57,512 bases of DNA from an uncultured Methanosarcinales archaeon (lineage in GTDB: Archaea; Nanobdellota; Nanobdellia; Woesearchaeales; SKGA01): the NCBI GenBank assembly GCA_964517565.1, contig CAZFEG010000001.1, positions 1-57,512 of the forward strand, written 5' to 3'. The number at the start of each line of letters is the position of its first letter. The first letter of the stretch is position 1. The notes below the pieces were generated by a model that was not told the origin of the DNA, made no database searches, and saw only the letters and a program-made list of their open reading frames with translations. Position numbers and translations under genes: made by a program. Shown piece after piece: positions 56,999 through 57,512 of this stretch.

Positions 56999-57512
56999 AT
57001 GAAGAAAAAACTGACTTTTAAAGAACTGATTGTATATAGTTTATTTTTCAGTATTTTTGTAGCAGGAATGGTATTCCTTATTACTATTAGAGAAGAAGAA
57101 GTAGTTTCCGAGTACTACCATGATTACGGGATTGAAGAAAGCGACCCAACAGTTGTCAAAATTGGTATTCTTGCGAATCAAGGTACAACAGAAGTATTGA
57201 GTAGATGGAGTGACACAGAGACATATCTTAATAATAATTTGTTGGATTATACTTTTGTTATAGTACCGATGGATTTTGAAGAAGTAAATGAGATGGTTGA
57301 AAATGGGGAAGTTGATTTCGTTCTTGTGAATCCAGCCATATATGTTGATTTAGAAGTAAGACACAATGTTAGCCAAATTGCAACAATGCAGTATCTCTAT
57401 AATGGAACAAAAACCACATCATTTGGTAGTGTTATATTTAAGAGAAGTGATAATTCAAGTATTTCAGATTATAATGATTTAATTGATAAAAAATTTGGAG
57501 CAGTTGATGAAA
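56999..57512 (+). CDS. Membrane sensor protein with a PhnD-like binding domain, 3' truncated (twin of 1..514)
   Basis: Exact reverse-complement twin. The ATG at 56999 sits behind a GGAGG RBS, and the ORF runs off the window end. Confidence 0.7.
   Translation, partial: MKKKLTFKELIVYSLFFSIFVAGMVFLITIREEEVVSEYYHDYGIEESDPTVVKIGILANQGTTEVLSRWSDTETYLNNNLLDYTFVIVPMDFEEVNEMVENGEVDFVLVNPAIYVDLEVRHNVSQIATMQYLYNGTKTTSFGSVIFKRSDNSSISDYNDLIDKKFGAVDE

Larger units (their letters stand above)
28757..57512. repeat. Right arm of the window-spanning perfect inverted repeat (reverse complement of 1..28756)
   Basis: See the left arm. All ORF-track proteins are duplicated identically at 57513-x. Confidence 0.97.

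Noticed and set aside
1-57512. The inverted repeat could be a composite transposon, an invertible segment, or a genuine segmental duplication giving two functional gene sets.
   Set aside because: - There is no unique central segment between the arms (zero spacer).
- There is no transposase, integrase or invertase anywhere.
- The arms show no divergence.
- The symmetry axis coincides exactly with the record midpoint.

Real inverted duplications have a spacer and unique flanks.
1-57512. The sequence might use Mollicute genetic code 4 (TGA = Trp), given the AT-richness and the abundance of lipoproteins.
   Set aside because: All homology-supported genes are full-length under the standard code, with no in-frame TGA. 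Trp is encoded by TGG (e.g. tgg tgg tgg in the OppC-like gene), and TGA terminates several genes exactly at the overlapping start of the next gene.
1-57512. I looked for tRNA, rRNA, CRISPR arrays, prophage or defence-system genes.
   Set aside because: I saw no cloverleaf-like GC-rich islands, no rRNA-like conserved tracts and no short direct-repeat/spacer arrays. I also saw no nuclease, helicase, methylase-restriction or toxin-antitoxin-like gene pairs. The only GC-enriched non-coding island is the cobalamin riboswitch.

Overview
The 57,512-bp window is one perfect, spacer-less palindrome. Bases 1..28756 are the exact reverse complement of 28757..57512, with the symmetry point between 28756 and 28757, exactly at the window midpoint. 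Only about 28.7 kb of unique sequence is present, and every gene appears twice in mirror orientation (x <-> 57513-x). The most likely explanation is a fold-back artefact of sequencing, amplification or assembly. The less likely alternative is read-through of a hairpin DNA end.

The unique content is AT-rich (roughly 30% G+C by eye) and uses the standard genetic code (Trp = TGG, TGA used as stop). It is tightly packed with overlapping stop/start codons and is rich in lipobox lipoproteins and ABC/ECF-type transporters. This looks like a low-GC Firmicute or wall-less Acholeplasma/Erysipelotrichia-like chromosome, but the lineage is a guess.

From the outer end to the centre, each arm encodes:
- a truncated membrane sensor with a PhnD-like binding domain
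- a frameshifted OmpR-type response regulator
- a stand-alone REC-Hpt phosphorelay protein
- a 663-aa modular surface lipoprotein
- a MarR-controlled heterodimeric ABC exporter with one degenerate ATP site
- lipB
- a MarR plus 14-TM MFS efflux pair, where the MFS carries a ~260-aa soluble insertion
- a TetR-headed operon: a 749-aa lipoprotein with a 591-bp tandem duplication, a 224-aa unknown protein, a five-gene Opp/Dpp-type importer, a CyuA/UPF0597 cysteine-desulfidase-family enzyme and RidA
- a cobalamin-riboswitch-controlled three-gene module: a lipoprotein with DUF4430-like plus transcobalamin-like alpha/alpha-toroid domains, a small anchored DUF4430-like protein, and an ECF S-component-like membrane protein
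- a translationally coupled methyltransferase-Nudix-dUTPase operon next to the palindrome centre

No tRNA, rRNA, CRISPR array, transposase, integrase or recognisable defence genes were seen. The most interesting items are the palindrome itself and the riboswitch-controlled putative B12-capture module. All family assignments come from motif recognition by eye and need HMM or structure confirmation.
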